Positions 13,586 to 29,516 are shown, numbered from the stretch's first letter. The stretch: DNA of 64,000 nucleotides from the human T2T-CHM13v2.0 reference genome, Homo sapiens (GCF_009914755.1 NC_060945.1), one strand, 5' to 3'. The notes: a model not told the origin generated them from the sequence alone. A program made the numbers and translations.

Positions 13586-16186
13586 ACAGAGGCAGAGCAC
13601 ACCTTTTATCATTTAGGCAAACTGTGTGAAATCGTGATTCACGAAAGGCAAACATGGGGATCTGACACATATCAAAGGCAGGAAATTCCAAAAGACAAAG
13701 GAACCTAACACATTCCTTTGTGCTTCCAATTCACACCTCACTACCTCTGGGTTTTCATTCCATCTGTTCTACCATAAATACTTTGAGAATTCCATTTTTA
13801 AGAGTGTGAACAGGGTTTCTGACTTGGTCTATGTAAGTTTACCACGCCTGAGGTTTGGCATCCTTAGTTTGAAGCAGGCCTGTGGGGTGAGCTCAGGTTA
13901 GTAGGATGCAGGCTAGGGCTTCAGTCCTCTAAATTCAGCTGTCTCCTAGGCCCAACCTCACCCTCAGACAGCCAGAGATAAGTTCTGGCTTATATTAGGA
14001 AACACCTTTAGCATCTCAGGGGACAGCTAAAATTCCCTTGGGTCCTCTTTGGACATTTCACAGCCTTAAGTATCCCTTCCTTATTAGGTACGACCTAGGC
14101 CTAGGATAGACTTAGCTGAGTGGTCTCTCAAGTTGAGCAAGGGGCAAAGCAGTTTCCCCACCGGCAACCCTACTCAATGAATCAAGGCACCAACCCTCAG
14201 GTGTAGCACAAGGAACTGAGTCCAGATGGATGTAATCTCTTTACTGTCAACTGCACGTTATTTGAATAAAGAATAAAAAGGTACCATATGCATCATTACA
14301 AGTTATAATGCACATACATGTTGTTAAGCGGTGTTATATACAAGCCTCTTAAAATTTGCTTGGAAACAAATTAAAAGGATGTCATCAAGTTTGAAAATTC
14401 TGTTTTATTAAAATAACACCCCCCCAAATTTTTTTTGGAAGGAATTATGAAATGCAGGTTTTCTTTAGAATACCTCTAAGCTAGAGATTTTTCCATACTG
14501 TGGGGCTCAGCTTTTAAATCCCCCTCCCTCTTTACTGTGGCCAAACTTCTTTACATCAAAATCCATCAGGCCCTTCTCCACGCAGCTTAGCCATGATGTG
14601 GAATATAGGAGGAGTTGGGTTCAAGGCTTTGCCCCGCTCCACCACTGAGTGTTACAGATGGCATCCTAGTCATTCCCACACCAAGCGCTGTAGCCACAAG
14701 TGCCAAGAAAGGTCGCCTCAATGGGAGCTTCTCAACACGCTCCCAAAAGCCAAGTATCCTGGATGTGGGACAAGCAGCTTAGGACTCCAGCAAGGGGAAG
14801 GCAGACCAGGTTTCTCCAGTGGGGAAAGTAAAAACCTCTCCCCTACTTGAGGACTGTAATCAGTCACCCTGGAAACCAAAAAAGTACTTACAGGCATTTT
14901 GAGAGTTTAAAACTGTTAAAGGGTAGCAGAGCTTTTCCACTGTCAGGACTAAGAATTATCCAACCAACATACAGACAAGGAGAGGACAATGGCAAGAGGA
15001 AATGGGCCACTTTACTGAGACCAGCGTGATGCTCAATGTTTATAATGCTGCTTTCCTCCTGTGGAAGATGAAAAGAAAGTACAAAAAGAGGGGGTAGACT
15101 TTTAAGTACACACTATCAACTCAAGCCACCCAGCTGTTTAAGCTCTTCCTGTTATGCAACCACCAAAGGCAATTTCTAACTCTAGATGAGTTCACAGTTC
15201 TAAAACTGTTCTTTGAGTCTGACCGATTTAACACATCCCACAGATTTAAAAGGGGCCAGAGTGGCCTAAAATCTTATAGCCTTTACTTAAGCTTTTTTTG
15301 GGGACAATGCGCTCCATAATTTCAGAGACACTATGTACAATGGTAATCCCTACAGTTCTCGATCACCTTTTCAGTTTCCTCTTGAACAAACTTCAAAGAA
15401 GAAATATCCAAGAAGGAAGAAGGCTTATTTGAGCAAATCAGGTGTACGCACTGTAGAAGTTTAAGTTTGATTAAATGACACAACATCTAATAGTCGACAG
15501 ACTGAGCTATTAATAATAAACTATTAAAAGGTTGAATCTGATTTTGCTAAATTATTTCTTGCCATTACCCCACTACACTTCCTCATTGGAGAGTGAATAT
15601 TTACTGTAGGAATAGACCTGTTCAAATAGGTCAGTTGCTGTCAAACCAGTAACACGTCCCCTGAGCCAACCCTTCTATATCTATCTCCTTCTCAAGGAAG
15701 CAGAAATAAAGTCAAAAACACCTCAAGCCTTATAAAAGGAAACAAGTTGAACATCCTATTTCCAGACCTCCCTGCCGATCACTCGGACAGCCCGTTCTGA
15801 GGGGGGATGGGAGATTCTCACCATGCACGTAACACAAAACACAATCAAAATCTCAATAACCAAAACAAAGGCAAAAAATGCAACTGACCATTAATTAAAC
15901 AAAAAAATGCAGATTACATCTTTCTGCCATTTAAGTATAAAAGAGTAGAAAAATGTAAAGATGCTAGGCAAATTCAACTCCATACCAACTCTGAACCTCC
16001 CCACGTCCCCCACCAAAAGCCACAATACAGACTTTATGAACAAGGGTATCCAGAGGGTAAAAGGACAGAATACGGGGAAATGGGAAAGGTGTAATCACTG
16101 TCATTCGGATTGAAAAACAACTGAGCTAGAAAGTCATAACACAATCAAACCTAGCAAGATAGGATTCAAACAGCAAAGGCGCTCAC

Positions 16187-16276
16187 CAGATGAAGTGTTC
16201 GATACATAGAGTCACCGGACTTGTCATTGTTTTCAATCCTGGGCTTGCGCTTTATTTTCCACAGTGCAGACATCAT
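16187..16276 (-). CDS. TIAM1: Candidate alternative first coding exon of a short TIAM1 isoform (MMSALWKIKRKPRIENNDKSGDSMYRTLHL)
   Basis: ATG-initiated 30 open codons ending at donor CTG|gtgagc in phase 0, in frame with the DH exon at 10168; in-frame TAA upstream at 16343-16345; non-repetitive sequence. Confidence 0.65.
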
Positions 16277-16299
16277 CAGGAATGTATTCTCATGGTAAT

Positions 16300-16776
16300 T
16301 AATTCTACCACCTGACGTGTTCAGCACGGAGACAGAAGTTTCTTAAAATATTCCCAGAGCACCAAACGCCTCCTAGCTCTGAAGAGAGCATCCTCTCATA
16401 TGGACGTCCCATGCTGGTTTTCCCATGAAAATCTACGGCCACGTCTCAACGCAGCAAGGACAGCGACGGTGAGACCCCGGAGCTGCACTCGCTTCCCACC
16501 AGTGCCCTCTGGGAAGCTGTCAAAGGCTAAACTGTGGACCAGAACTCAGGCTTTGATTTCACCTGGCTAAACAACAAAAGTTCCAGAAAGGGAGAGCTGA
16601 AACTGGCAAGAAAACAAAGCACAAAATGCCTCCCCGGGATGTAAGCGTCTCTGCCCTGCAGCCTGAGATCAGCTGATTGGCCAGCATCCTGCACTGCTCA
16701 GGAATATTAAACCTGCCCGGCTCCGACAACTTTCAAGGTATTCCACACTGAGTCAAGAGCAGGCAACTAAGAAAAG

Positions 16777-16824
<48 letters not shown>

Positions 16825-17230
16825 AACAGTTGATAATTTCACATTTTTCCACTCATGCTTTGTTATAAAAGCAGACATTTCTGAGACAAAAACAATATGG
16901 ATGAGAAAGAAAAAGTCATTCCTAATGGAAATGTCCTGAAAATTATTCTAATACATTTGCTAAATGGAAAACACAATCACAGCTGCCAGGCGGCCTGGAA
17001 TGCATGACACATGACCGCACTGCCCTGAAGCTAATTAGCATTCATCTCCAGAAACAAGAGTTTTCAATGAGAAGCAGAGAAAAAAGTAGCCAGTGATGAT
17101 GAGGCTTTTTGAGGTTGTCACCCACAGTCACAGGAGAGAGGAGGCGGCTCAGAAAGAGAAAGGCTGCTAGACTGTCCCTGCAGTGTGACATTCCCCTGCC
17201 CCTCCCCAGCGGCTGTGACATTCCAGTACC
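16300..17230 (-). promoter_or_regulatory. Candidate internal promoter/enhancer of TIAM1
   Basis: GGCCAATCAG CCAAT box on minus strand 16673-16682; AP-1 TGAGTCA 16749-16755; TEAD-type GGAATG/CATTCC at ~16997, 17189, 17219; CRE half-site TGACGT 16313-16318; locally raised CpG. Confidence 0.5.
16779..16822. repeat. (GT)22 microsatellite
   Basis: Perfect dinucleotide run read directly. Confidence 0.97.
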
Positions 17231-17819
17231 ACCACGCTCAACAACAAGCATACAATTATTTACTTGCTCAACTCTAAAAGGCCACACATAGCAAAAACTG
17301 CTATTCAGTACAAGTGCAAAACATACAGAACTCCAACATGCTTTTTCTTTATGCTGACCGATATCATGTAAAACAGTCCATTTAGAAAGAAACCAAGAAT
17401 ATTACACAAAATCAACAGCTCTAACATATTCAGCTGGAATAAAAAGTGATTATTTGTTTCTGTTTATTTAGTTATTTACACATTTACATCTCTACACTCA
17501 GCCTCGTGCATTCAGACAAGGCTAAATCATGCTTCCGAGTTTAGACAGCTAACGATTGAAAAATTAATTTTCAGCTTATTCTCAAGAAAAGCTTCACACT
17601 TATATAGGAGACGCATCAAAAAATATTTAGCCTTGATCAAGAAACTTCAGGTGTTTTCTTGCTCTTACTTTAAATCATAAAAAGAGACACACAGAAACAT
17701 TAAGCATTAGGAAAAAATTTAAGTGGTTTATGGCTGTATATATAAATGGCCTACAGCACCACTAATAAATTAATTCCTTCTTTTTATGAAACCCAGTATT
17801 TAAAACCAGATGTTAACAA

Positions 17820-18085
17820 TCTGGACACAAGGTAGTTTTAACATAGCCACTAACAAGACAAGACCTGGAGCCAAACCAGGTTTGCATCCTGGTTTTGTCA
17901 TCACAGAGCTGTGTGACCTTCAGCAAGTCGCTTAACCTCTCTGTTCCAGTGCCCTCATCTATAAAATAGGGCAGATAATAGTATCTCCCTCAAGAGTGTT
18001 GTGAGGCTAAGATGAGTTAATATGGAACAGTGCCTAATATATACAAGACCTTAAATAAGTATTACTTCTCATTTACTATTAATAA
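17820..18085 (+). mobile_element. MIR
   Basis: GCTGTGTGACCTT..CAAGTCGCTTAACCTCTCTG..CTCATCTATAAAAT core. Confidence 0.8.
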
Positions 18086-18227
18086 CACACAGTAGAACCC
18101 AGCCACCAAGAACTGCTCATTTAAGCTTTTTGCGTTCAAATACCCTAAGTGAGAAATTTAATTGACCAAAGGTTATTTTAGCTAACTAATTTGAGTTGCA
18201 TGACAAAATTTCAAATAGAGAAGATGA

Positions 18228-18524
<297 letters not shown>

Positions 18525-19852
18525 TAATTTTGAGAAAATTCTGTCCCTTTTTAGAAAGCCCACTAAGAATTTCTACAAGAAAATCTTTGAACAGCACCAT
18601 CTATTTCTATATTTGACCCTTCATGTTCCAGATAAGTTCAAGAGCCTTGTTCTCTGGAAAAAGAACCACGGAGTCAGAGCGACACATGGGACCAGTCAGC
18701 AAAGCCCTGGAGCCTCTTCCGTCCTCTCCACTGCCAGAACCTCATATTATACAGGACTCTGTTTATGACCTCATGACTCACTATATTTAACATGGAAACG
18801 ATCTCTCTCAAAATCCACAAGGAGATGAGAACACTGACCTATCAAAGTAAAGTAAAAATGACCTAATCATTTTGGATCCAATACTTTTTAAGTGTTCAGA
18901 AATAAATGTTTTAGATACAGGAAAAATAGCTATTTGCCTAAATCCAGTTAGAAATTGAAAATTAATATTTTTAGTTCTTATAATACTGTAACTTAATAGA
19001 TACCCTTCAAATTGTCTTACATCAGTATAGAAATATCTGTTTCTCCTGAGGACAACTGACCGACCCCACAAAAGTAAGTGGGTAAAAGAAATGTAAGGGT
19101 CACCTAAATAAAAAGGAACTTTAAGCAGTTGGTTTTTTAAATTTGCCTTAAAAGGAAACATGTGCATTTCCAATGATCTGCTTTTTAATTAACAACCAAC
19201 AACATAATGCCTTTCAGTCTATAAATATTAATGTTGCTTTCAAATATTAAATTTTATATTGTGCCCAACTTAAAAAGACACTGAGAATGAAGATCCTACA
19301 GTCAGGAAAGAGAAACAAATATGGATAAAAGATACTGAAGAATCAAATATGTGCACACAAGAAAGTCCTACAGAATATACACATACAGGGGGAATCAAAA
19401 CAGGAAATGTACAAACGTAGGTTTTCAAAATAATAGTTCATGTTTGAAAAGCATTTTTCCATTATCAATGTGCTTTCTCATAGTTATATTATTTGACCCA
19501 CCCAAAAATCCAATCTCCAAGCAAAGGTAAGAATCACCCTGATTTTGCAGATGAGAAAACAAAAGTATACAGTTATGTGATTTGCTTAGGTTAAGTGACT
19601 AGTAAGCGTCAAGCAAAAAAAAGAGAGATCGTAGAGAAATATACATATCTCAACAACATTATAGAAAAAGATGAATAAGTATGGAAACAAAATCACACGC
19701 AATTGCTTTTTTTGCGGGGGCAGTGTCGTTTGGATTCAGGTAACACAGAGGTTTTAAGTTGGGTTGTGTTTTGAAGACTGTGGTAAAAGAGGCTACTGAC
19801 CCATGGAACTCTTTATGAAGTGGAATAGAAGCATGATAAGTTATGGGCAACA

Positions 19853-20151
19853 GGCCGGGTGCAGTGGCTCACGCCTGTAATCCCAGCACTTTGGGAGGCC
19901 AAGGCGGGTGGATCACGAGGTCAGGAGATCGAGACCATCCTGGCTAACACGGTGAAACCCTGTCTCTACTAAAAATACAAAAAATTAGCAGGGCGTGGTG
20001 GCGGGTGCCTGTAGTCCTAGCTACTCGGGAGGCTGAGGCAGAAGAATGGCGTGAACCCGGGAGGCGGAGCTTGCAGTGAGCCGAGATCACGCCACTGCCC
20101 TCTAGCCTGGGCGACAGAGCGAGACTCCATCTCAAAAAAAAAAAAAAAAAA
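19853..20151 (+). mobile_element. AluY with TSD TTATGGGCAACA
   Basis: GATCGAGACCATCCTGGCTAACACGG and GGCGTGAACCCGGG diagnostics; perfect 12-bp TSD. Confidence 0.95.
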
Positions 20152-20705
20152 TTATGGGCAACAATTTCAGTGTCTTGCACCAAAAAGTCAGGAGAACTTT
20201 CTTACTATGTTCAACTAAGGGAAAGTGTATTTGGATTAATTTTAAAATATGGTTTCTTTCCCTTTAACATAAAAGTTGCTCACTTTTAACAAGAGCTGAA
20301 TGCAGGTAATTCAAAAGGAGTTCATTACAGAAACCCTAAGTAGCAAGAAAGCATAGCTGACTCAATCCCACATACTTTTGATGCTGTTTCATCCTACACA
20401 AATGAAGATGTAATAGGGAAATGGAATAAAATTATGGCATTAACTGGGAGCTCCAGCAGTGGCAGAAATTTAAGAAAAGGGATTTTATTTCATTACGAGT
20501 GATTTCTCCCCTATATTCTCACATACAGGTTTGTTACCAAGGCTATAATTTGGATTTCATTTCCTGCTATTCAGCAACATCTCAGAAGCAAAAACACTTC
20601 GTCCATGGAGAGGCCTGGTAACCACATACAGCTGTGTAGGTGACATTGTCAGCTGTGATTCTTCAGTGGTTCAAAGCATGGGATGTGAAAATGAAAATCT
20701 CTCAC

Positions 20706-20809
20706 CTTGCTGCTGTGATCAGTCTCATCTGAGGATTCCAAGTCTGGCCCCTCGGTCTCCTCTGGAGCGGTCTCAGCACTGCTGCCCTGCTCGCTGCAAA
20801 GGCTGTGCC
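20706..20809 (-). CDS. TIAM1: TIAM1 coding exon, acidic linker (G-HSLCSEQGSSAETAPEETEGPDLESSDETDHSSK), 104 nt, phase 1-0
   Basis: Acceptor tgacag|GG, donor AAG|gtgaga; phase bridges the flanking exons. Confidence 0.95.
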
Positions 20810-21030
20810 CTGTCAGATGAAATCAGAAGAAAATGTGGGTCAACATGGACAGTAATTGCTAAAAGCCACCCCTGTGTGAGGGGGACAAGGAATCTCGCTC
20901 ATGACATGTACATATACTGTAAGACCCTCCAAGTACAAGCTCCATCACCTGGGCTCAATCAAATTAAAATGATAGTTGTTACTGTTACTACTAGTATTAT
21001 TACTTTATATTTTTCATAATAAATAATAGT

Positions 21031-21408
21031 TGTTGTGGATTGAATGTCTTTGTCTCCCCCCATACAAATTCTTATGTTGAAGACCTACCCCTCAATGTAA
21101 TAGTAGTTAGAAGAGGGATGTTTGGGAAGTAATTAAGTTTAGATGAGGTCATGAGGGTGGGGTCCCCATGGATGAGATTAGTGTCATAAGAAGAGATAGA
21201 AACCAGAGTTCGTTTTCTCTCTACCATGTAAGGACACAGTAAAAAGGCAGCCGTCTGTAAGCCAGGAAAAGAGCCCTCACCAGGAAACTGAATTGGTTAG
21301 TACCCAGATGATGGGGCTTCCCAGGCTCTAAAACCATGAGAAATAAATGAGTGTTGTTTAAGCCACTCAGTTTATGGTATTTTGTTACAACAGCCTAAGT
21401 TAAGACAA
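21031..21408 (+). mobile_element. MLT1A-like MaLR solo LTR
   Basis: GATGAGGTCATGAGGGTGGGG..CCATGTAAGGACACAG..TTTAAGCCACTCAGTTTATGGTATTTTGTTA. Confidence 0.8.
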
Positions 21409-22832
21409 TAATAATTTATAATAAAAGAATATATATATTATATACTAAAAAATTAACTGATTTTGTTGATTTTACAATTAGCAAATTGATGAATTAATTC
21501 ATTAATTACTAAAATAATTAAATAAGCCATACTGAGAACAGTACAACAAAAAAAATGACTGTCCCATATCCATTACCTGAAAAATCCTGCAACGTCTGTT
21601 TTTGCCATGTCTGGCAAACTATAAACATCTTATAATACCTGCTCTTCCCATGATATTCTGTGCAAAAGTGCAAGCAACTTTCTTCCTTTGCTATTTACTG
21701 AGTGCCCACCACAGTGGTTCTCTATAGTGGTCCTCTGCGTTGAGAAGAGAATATGAGGATCACTTTCCCCTGGGGTGCTTCTCAAACTGACAGAGCATCT
21801 GGATCCCCAGGGGAACATGTTTAATGCAGATTCTCATTCAACAGGCATGGGGTTGGGCCTAAGACTGTGTGTTCCTTACTAGCTCCGAATGATACTAATC
21901 AAAACTGCAGGTCCATGGACCACACTTGGAATAGAAAGACTCTAGAACATTAAAAACCTTCTCTAATTGAATCTGAGAAGACAGTGGATTGAGTACCACT
22001 GTCCTAAAATATGAGGCACTGGATCACGGACTAGAGCACTATCAATATAACCAGACAAGAGAGAAGGAAAGAGAAGAAATGGGAGCAGAAGGAGCCCCTG
22101 ATGCTTTAGATGAAAGATTCCGTCTGCAAAGTGGCTACCTTGCTCCAATGACACCATTACAGCTGTAAGCTGCCTGGCAACACTTTCTATTCAGGTCCAA
22201 GCTGGCCAGGAAAGTTAGGGAGGAAGTGGACCCCTGAGCAAACTTGGCACCAATGCTGCCTCCTACCATCCCTTTCTTCTCTGGAATGAAGCACCAACTA
22301 AGTGAGTGTACCCTGAATGGCTTAGAGGTTTCTGTGTGTTTCCCCACCTTTTGGCTCTGGCTCTTGGATTTTCTTGTGTTACTTTTCAGTATTCAATCAC
22401 TCATTACTTGCTCTTAAGGTGGTAGTGGTCAAAGAAGGAAGCTCAGTTAACTTGGCAGATATCATCTATGGCAACTGCCATTGCCAAAGCAAAAGTGCTT
22501 GAATATTTTGCACAGGGGCAATGACCTAGGTACAGGTACTGATCCCTGATGTGGAACAGCTGACAAGCTCATCTGGGAACACAATGGCAACAGCACTCAG
22601 TGCTCTGATCACAGGAACCACAGCATCCTCAGTGGGACGTCCGGAGCAGCCAGGAGGCACGACTGACAGGGGCCCCCTTCACACTGTGGTCTGCAGAATC
22701 ACAACCTCCTGGAGTTGAACAACCCATATACACTGTGCAGAGAAATGCTGTAACCCTGCACATCCCATCGCTCACAATGCCTAGGATAGCTGATGCTCAT
22801 AAAATAGTGGGAAAGCAAATAAAAGGATTTCC

Positions 22833-23126
22833 TTTTTTTTTTTTTTTTTTTTGAGATGGAGTTTCACTCTTGTCACTCAGGCTGGAGTGCAGTGGTGCAA
22901 TCTCAGCTCACTTCAACCTCTGAGTCCTGGGTTCAAGTGATTCTCCTGCCTCAGCCTCCCCAGTAGCTGGGATTACAGGTGTGCACCACCATGTCCGGCT
23001 AACTTTTGTATTTTTAGTAGAGACAGGGTTTCACCATGTTGGTGAGGCTGGTTTTGAACTCCTGAATGCGCCCACCTCGGCCTCCCAAAGTGCTGGGATT
23101 ACAGGCATGAGCCACAGTGCCCGGCT
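22833..23126 (-). mobile_element. AluS
   Basis: Antisense Alu dimer. Confidence 0.9.
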
Positions 23127-23833
23127 GGATTTTCATTTTTAATAATACCGTTGAGAGCCAGGTTTCCTGAAGAGCAAACAAATAAATCTACAAAACACTT
23201 AGAAATGCTAAATAAAGTAAAACAAATGTCCTTTTTAAACAAAGCTGAGCTCCGAAAACTCTCCAAAGCCCAAATGAAGAAGATAAAGTTGATAAAGGAA
23301 GTGGGGTAGTGTCCATGCTATGGCAGCCTAAGTATATCCATCAATCCCCAAGCCCTAAAACGGCGTTTCCCACAGGGTGTGAGAACCTGTTGGTGTTAGC
23401 AGGGGGACAATTCTTTTGGGACAGAATTGTGCACTTCGTAGGTACACTTGGCACTAGGCTCCCTGGCTCCTGAGCACCAAACGATTAGGACTTGATTGCC
23501 ACTGTGACAATCAAAAATGTACCCACACATTTCCCAACAGCAGCACCACCCAGTTTGAGACCCACTCCCTGGAGCCTTCGGTTTTAACTGTAAGCCCATG
23601 ATACATGATACAGAAAACAGGGCTTGGGTCAGTACAACTTCAGGAGTTAGAAGTGAATGTCCCACATTCATATGGTTCCCCTGAGGGGCTACACCCCTCA
23701 GTCTAAAAAGACATAGACTAAAAGAGAAAAGTGCTCACTGGCAAAAGAAAAAGAGATGGAAAAAGAAATTCTGCCTATACTTTGGGGTAGGAGGGTGGAA
23801 AAGGAATACAGCAGGTTTCTTCCCTGAGATTCT

Positions 23834-24443
<610 letters not shown>

Positions 24444-24499
24444 CCCTGACATTCTAATCATAGGACTGACTTCATGTGTTTGTATTCCAAGGCATCTGG

Positions 24500-27369
<2,870 letters not shown>

Positions 27370-27370
<1 letters not shown>

Positions 27371-27835
27371 TTGTAGCAGATCATTTGCAAAGATGACAGT
27401 GATTATTTCTTTCATCTCTTTAAGCGCAGACTTTTATGTCTATTTCGCCACTCCATGAATTTGGGCTGGTGTTGTGATTTGCTTTGATAATATGTTAATT
27501 GTGATCCAAGGCCTCAAGTGACTTTGCAGTCTCTGGTCTTGCCCTGCTGGGAACTCTGAGCCCACCATACAAAGAAATCTCAAGCTAACCTCCCATGAGA
27601 GACCCCAAGGAGAGGAGGCCCAGCTGTTTAGTCACCATACGTGGGAGTGAGTAAGGCCATCTTAAACCCTCCAGCCCCAGTCAGACCACTGGATCACAGA
27701 GTCACATGAGTGACTCCAGGGAAGGTTAGCAGAACAACCAACCAGCTGAGTCTGGCCCAAACTGCTGAGCCACAGAACAGTGAGCAAGTAAAACAGTTGT
27801 TTCAGAGTGGTCTATTACGTGGTAGTAGATAACCA
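27370..27835 (+). mobile_element. Old MLT1-family LTR
   Basis: GGCCATCTT..CCAGCCCCAG..CAGAACAACC..CCCAAACTGCTGA..AGTAGATAAC end. Confidence 0.7.
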
Positions 27836-28462
27836 ATAAGTGGTGAGGGGGAATTTCATGATACCAGAAAGCCAGAAAGCAGGAGGTGACAGTGGTACGC
27901 TTCAAGGAAGCTGAGGAGAGACACCAGCATGGCAGGAAGAGGGAATTCAAGTGGGAAAGGGCATTGTTCTCACTCCCATACTTGAGGGCCTTCTCTAAAC
28001 ACTCCCAGCTTAAGAAGTGTAGACAACAACATGGTCAAGTTTGTTTGTTTTTTTTTTAATCCCATACAAACAGAGTTTTGCAATTTCCTACTCTAGCTTC
28101 CCCTGTGCTACTCACAATAGTAGTAGGTGAGCGGCTTTCCCCTAATGACAGAAATTGGAGGAATTATCCTCTTTGTTCTGGACATTCCTGTCCCCACCTA
28201 CTTACCAGGAAACAAAGCACGACAGCTCTGCTACCAATCAGAGAGAGAAGAAAGCTGAAGATAAGGCTCAGTCGTGGCTGGAGAAGCAGGATGCCCATCC
28301 ACATCCCAGTACTGAGCACACTGCCAGGCATGCAGCAGGGGACCGGGGGAGAGGAAGAGGGCTCGGTCTAGAGAGACAAAGTCTCAGGGAATGAAGAAGC
28401 CCAGAGCAGGACTGTGGACTCTCTCAGACAGGGATCATAGGCCAAATCAAAAGCTGCTATAG

Positions 28463-28633
28463 AGCCCGGCGCAGTGGCTCACAACTGTAATCCCAAACTC
28501 TTGAGAGGTTAGAGCAGGAGATCACTTGAGTCCAGGAGTTCAAGGCTGCAGTGAACCATGATTGTGACACTGCACTCTAGCATGGGTGACAGAGAGAAAC
28601 CCCAACTCTATTTGAAAGTAAGAAAAAAAAAAA
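28463..28633 (+). mobile_element. Alu monomer (FLAM/FAM-like)
   Basis: Single diverged monomer with A-rich tail. Confidence 0.75.
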
Positions 28634-29244
28634 CTGCGGTAACCCTGTAAATAGAATTGATTGTTGTGAACAGGTAAAATCAATGCTTTGCCTTTTAAGT
28701 TACCTACAATAATATTTTTGTGACTGCAAAAACGTTTGCAATCAGTACCTCTGACGCACCATCAACAGGACAGACAACGAGGAGATTTGGGGAAGTACAA
28801 ACATATTAGTGCAGTTTACATTGAGATTTACCTTTCATTTACCCAGATTACACACATCTACTTTGGTTTCATTCAAGTCCATGTGGGACTTAAGCTTAAG
28901 GAGGAAGAAAAAAAATTCTGGCCTCGTGAGATGTCTTAACAATGTGCTCTAAGCAGACCCTCCAATTCAAACATTGACAAAGAGAAACAATTACAACACG
29001 AAACTTTTAAAAGGTCTTTTTAATGCCTGAGTTTAAATCCCTGATGGAAAAAAAACGTTTGGGGGTGGGGGCAAAAGAAAGCTTAAACACTGTCAATAAA
29101 GATATTTAGCTGGAACTCAACTGTTAGGATATAATTTTATTTTGCGTTTCAGTCATTTTACTGTTATAAGATTTTAAGAATTCCATATAAATACCCATAA
29201 TAACATCAGCATAAACACTCACCCCTCCAACAAAGCTAAAAAAC

Positions 29245-29265
29245 AAAGCAAGAAAGAAAGAGAGA

Positions 29266-29297
<32 letters not shown>

Positions 29298-29318
29298 AGA
29301 AAAGAAAGAAAGAAAGGA
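29245..29318. repeat. (GA)n/(GAAA)n purine tract
   Basis: Read directly. Confidence 0.9.
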
Positions 29319-29343
29319 ATGTTACAATTTGAACTTGGTAGAC

Positions 29344-29516
29344 AAATAATAACTCCTTTTTAATCAAATGTCACAAAATCTCAGTTTTTGTTTCCTATAA
29401 AGAGAAATTTAAAATTCCATTAAAACTGTAGATTTAAAATAGTAACTTCTTTTTAGTCAAATGTCACAAAATCTCAGTCTTTGTTTCCTATAGAAATTTA
29501 AAAATCCATAAAAACT
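29344..29516. repeat. Two-copy tandem duplication, ~93-bp period
   Basis: TCAAATGTCACAAAATCTCAGT(T/C)TTTGTTTCCTATA occurs at ~29364 and ~29457. Confidence 0.9.

Noticed and set aside
16187-16311. Reading the candidate exon as an internal cassette exon via acceptor 16312-16313
   Set aside because: 125 nt would frameshift the full-length ORF and the acceptor is weak; a first-exon or UTR-spliced model fits better
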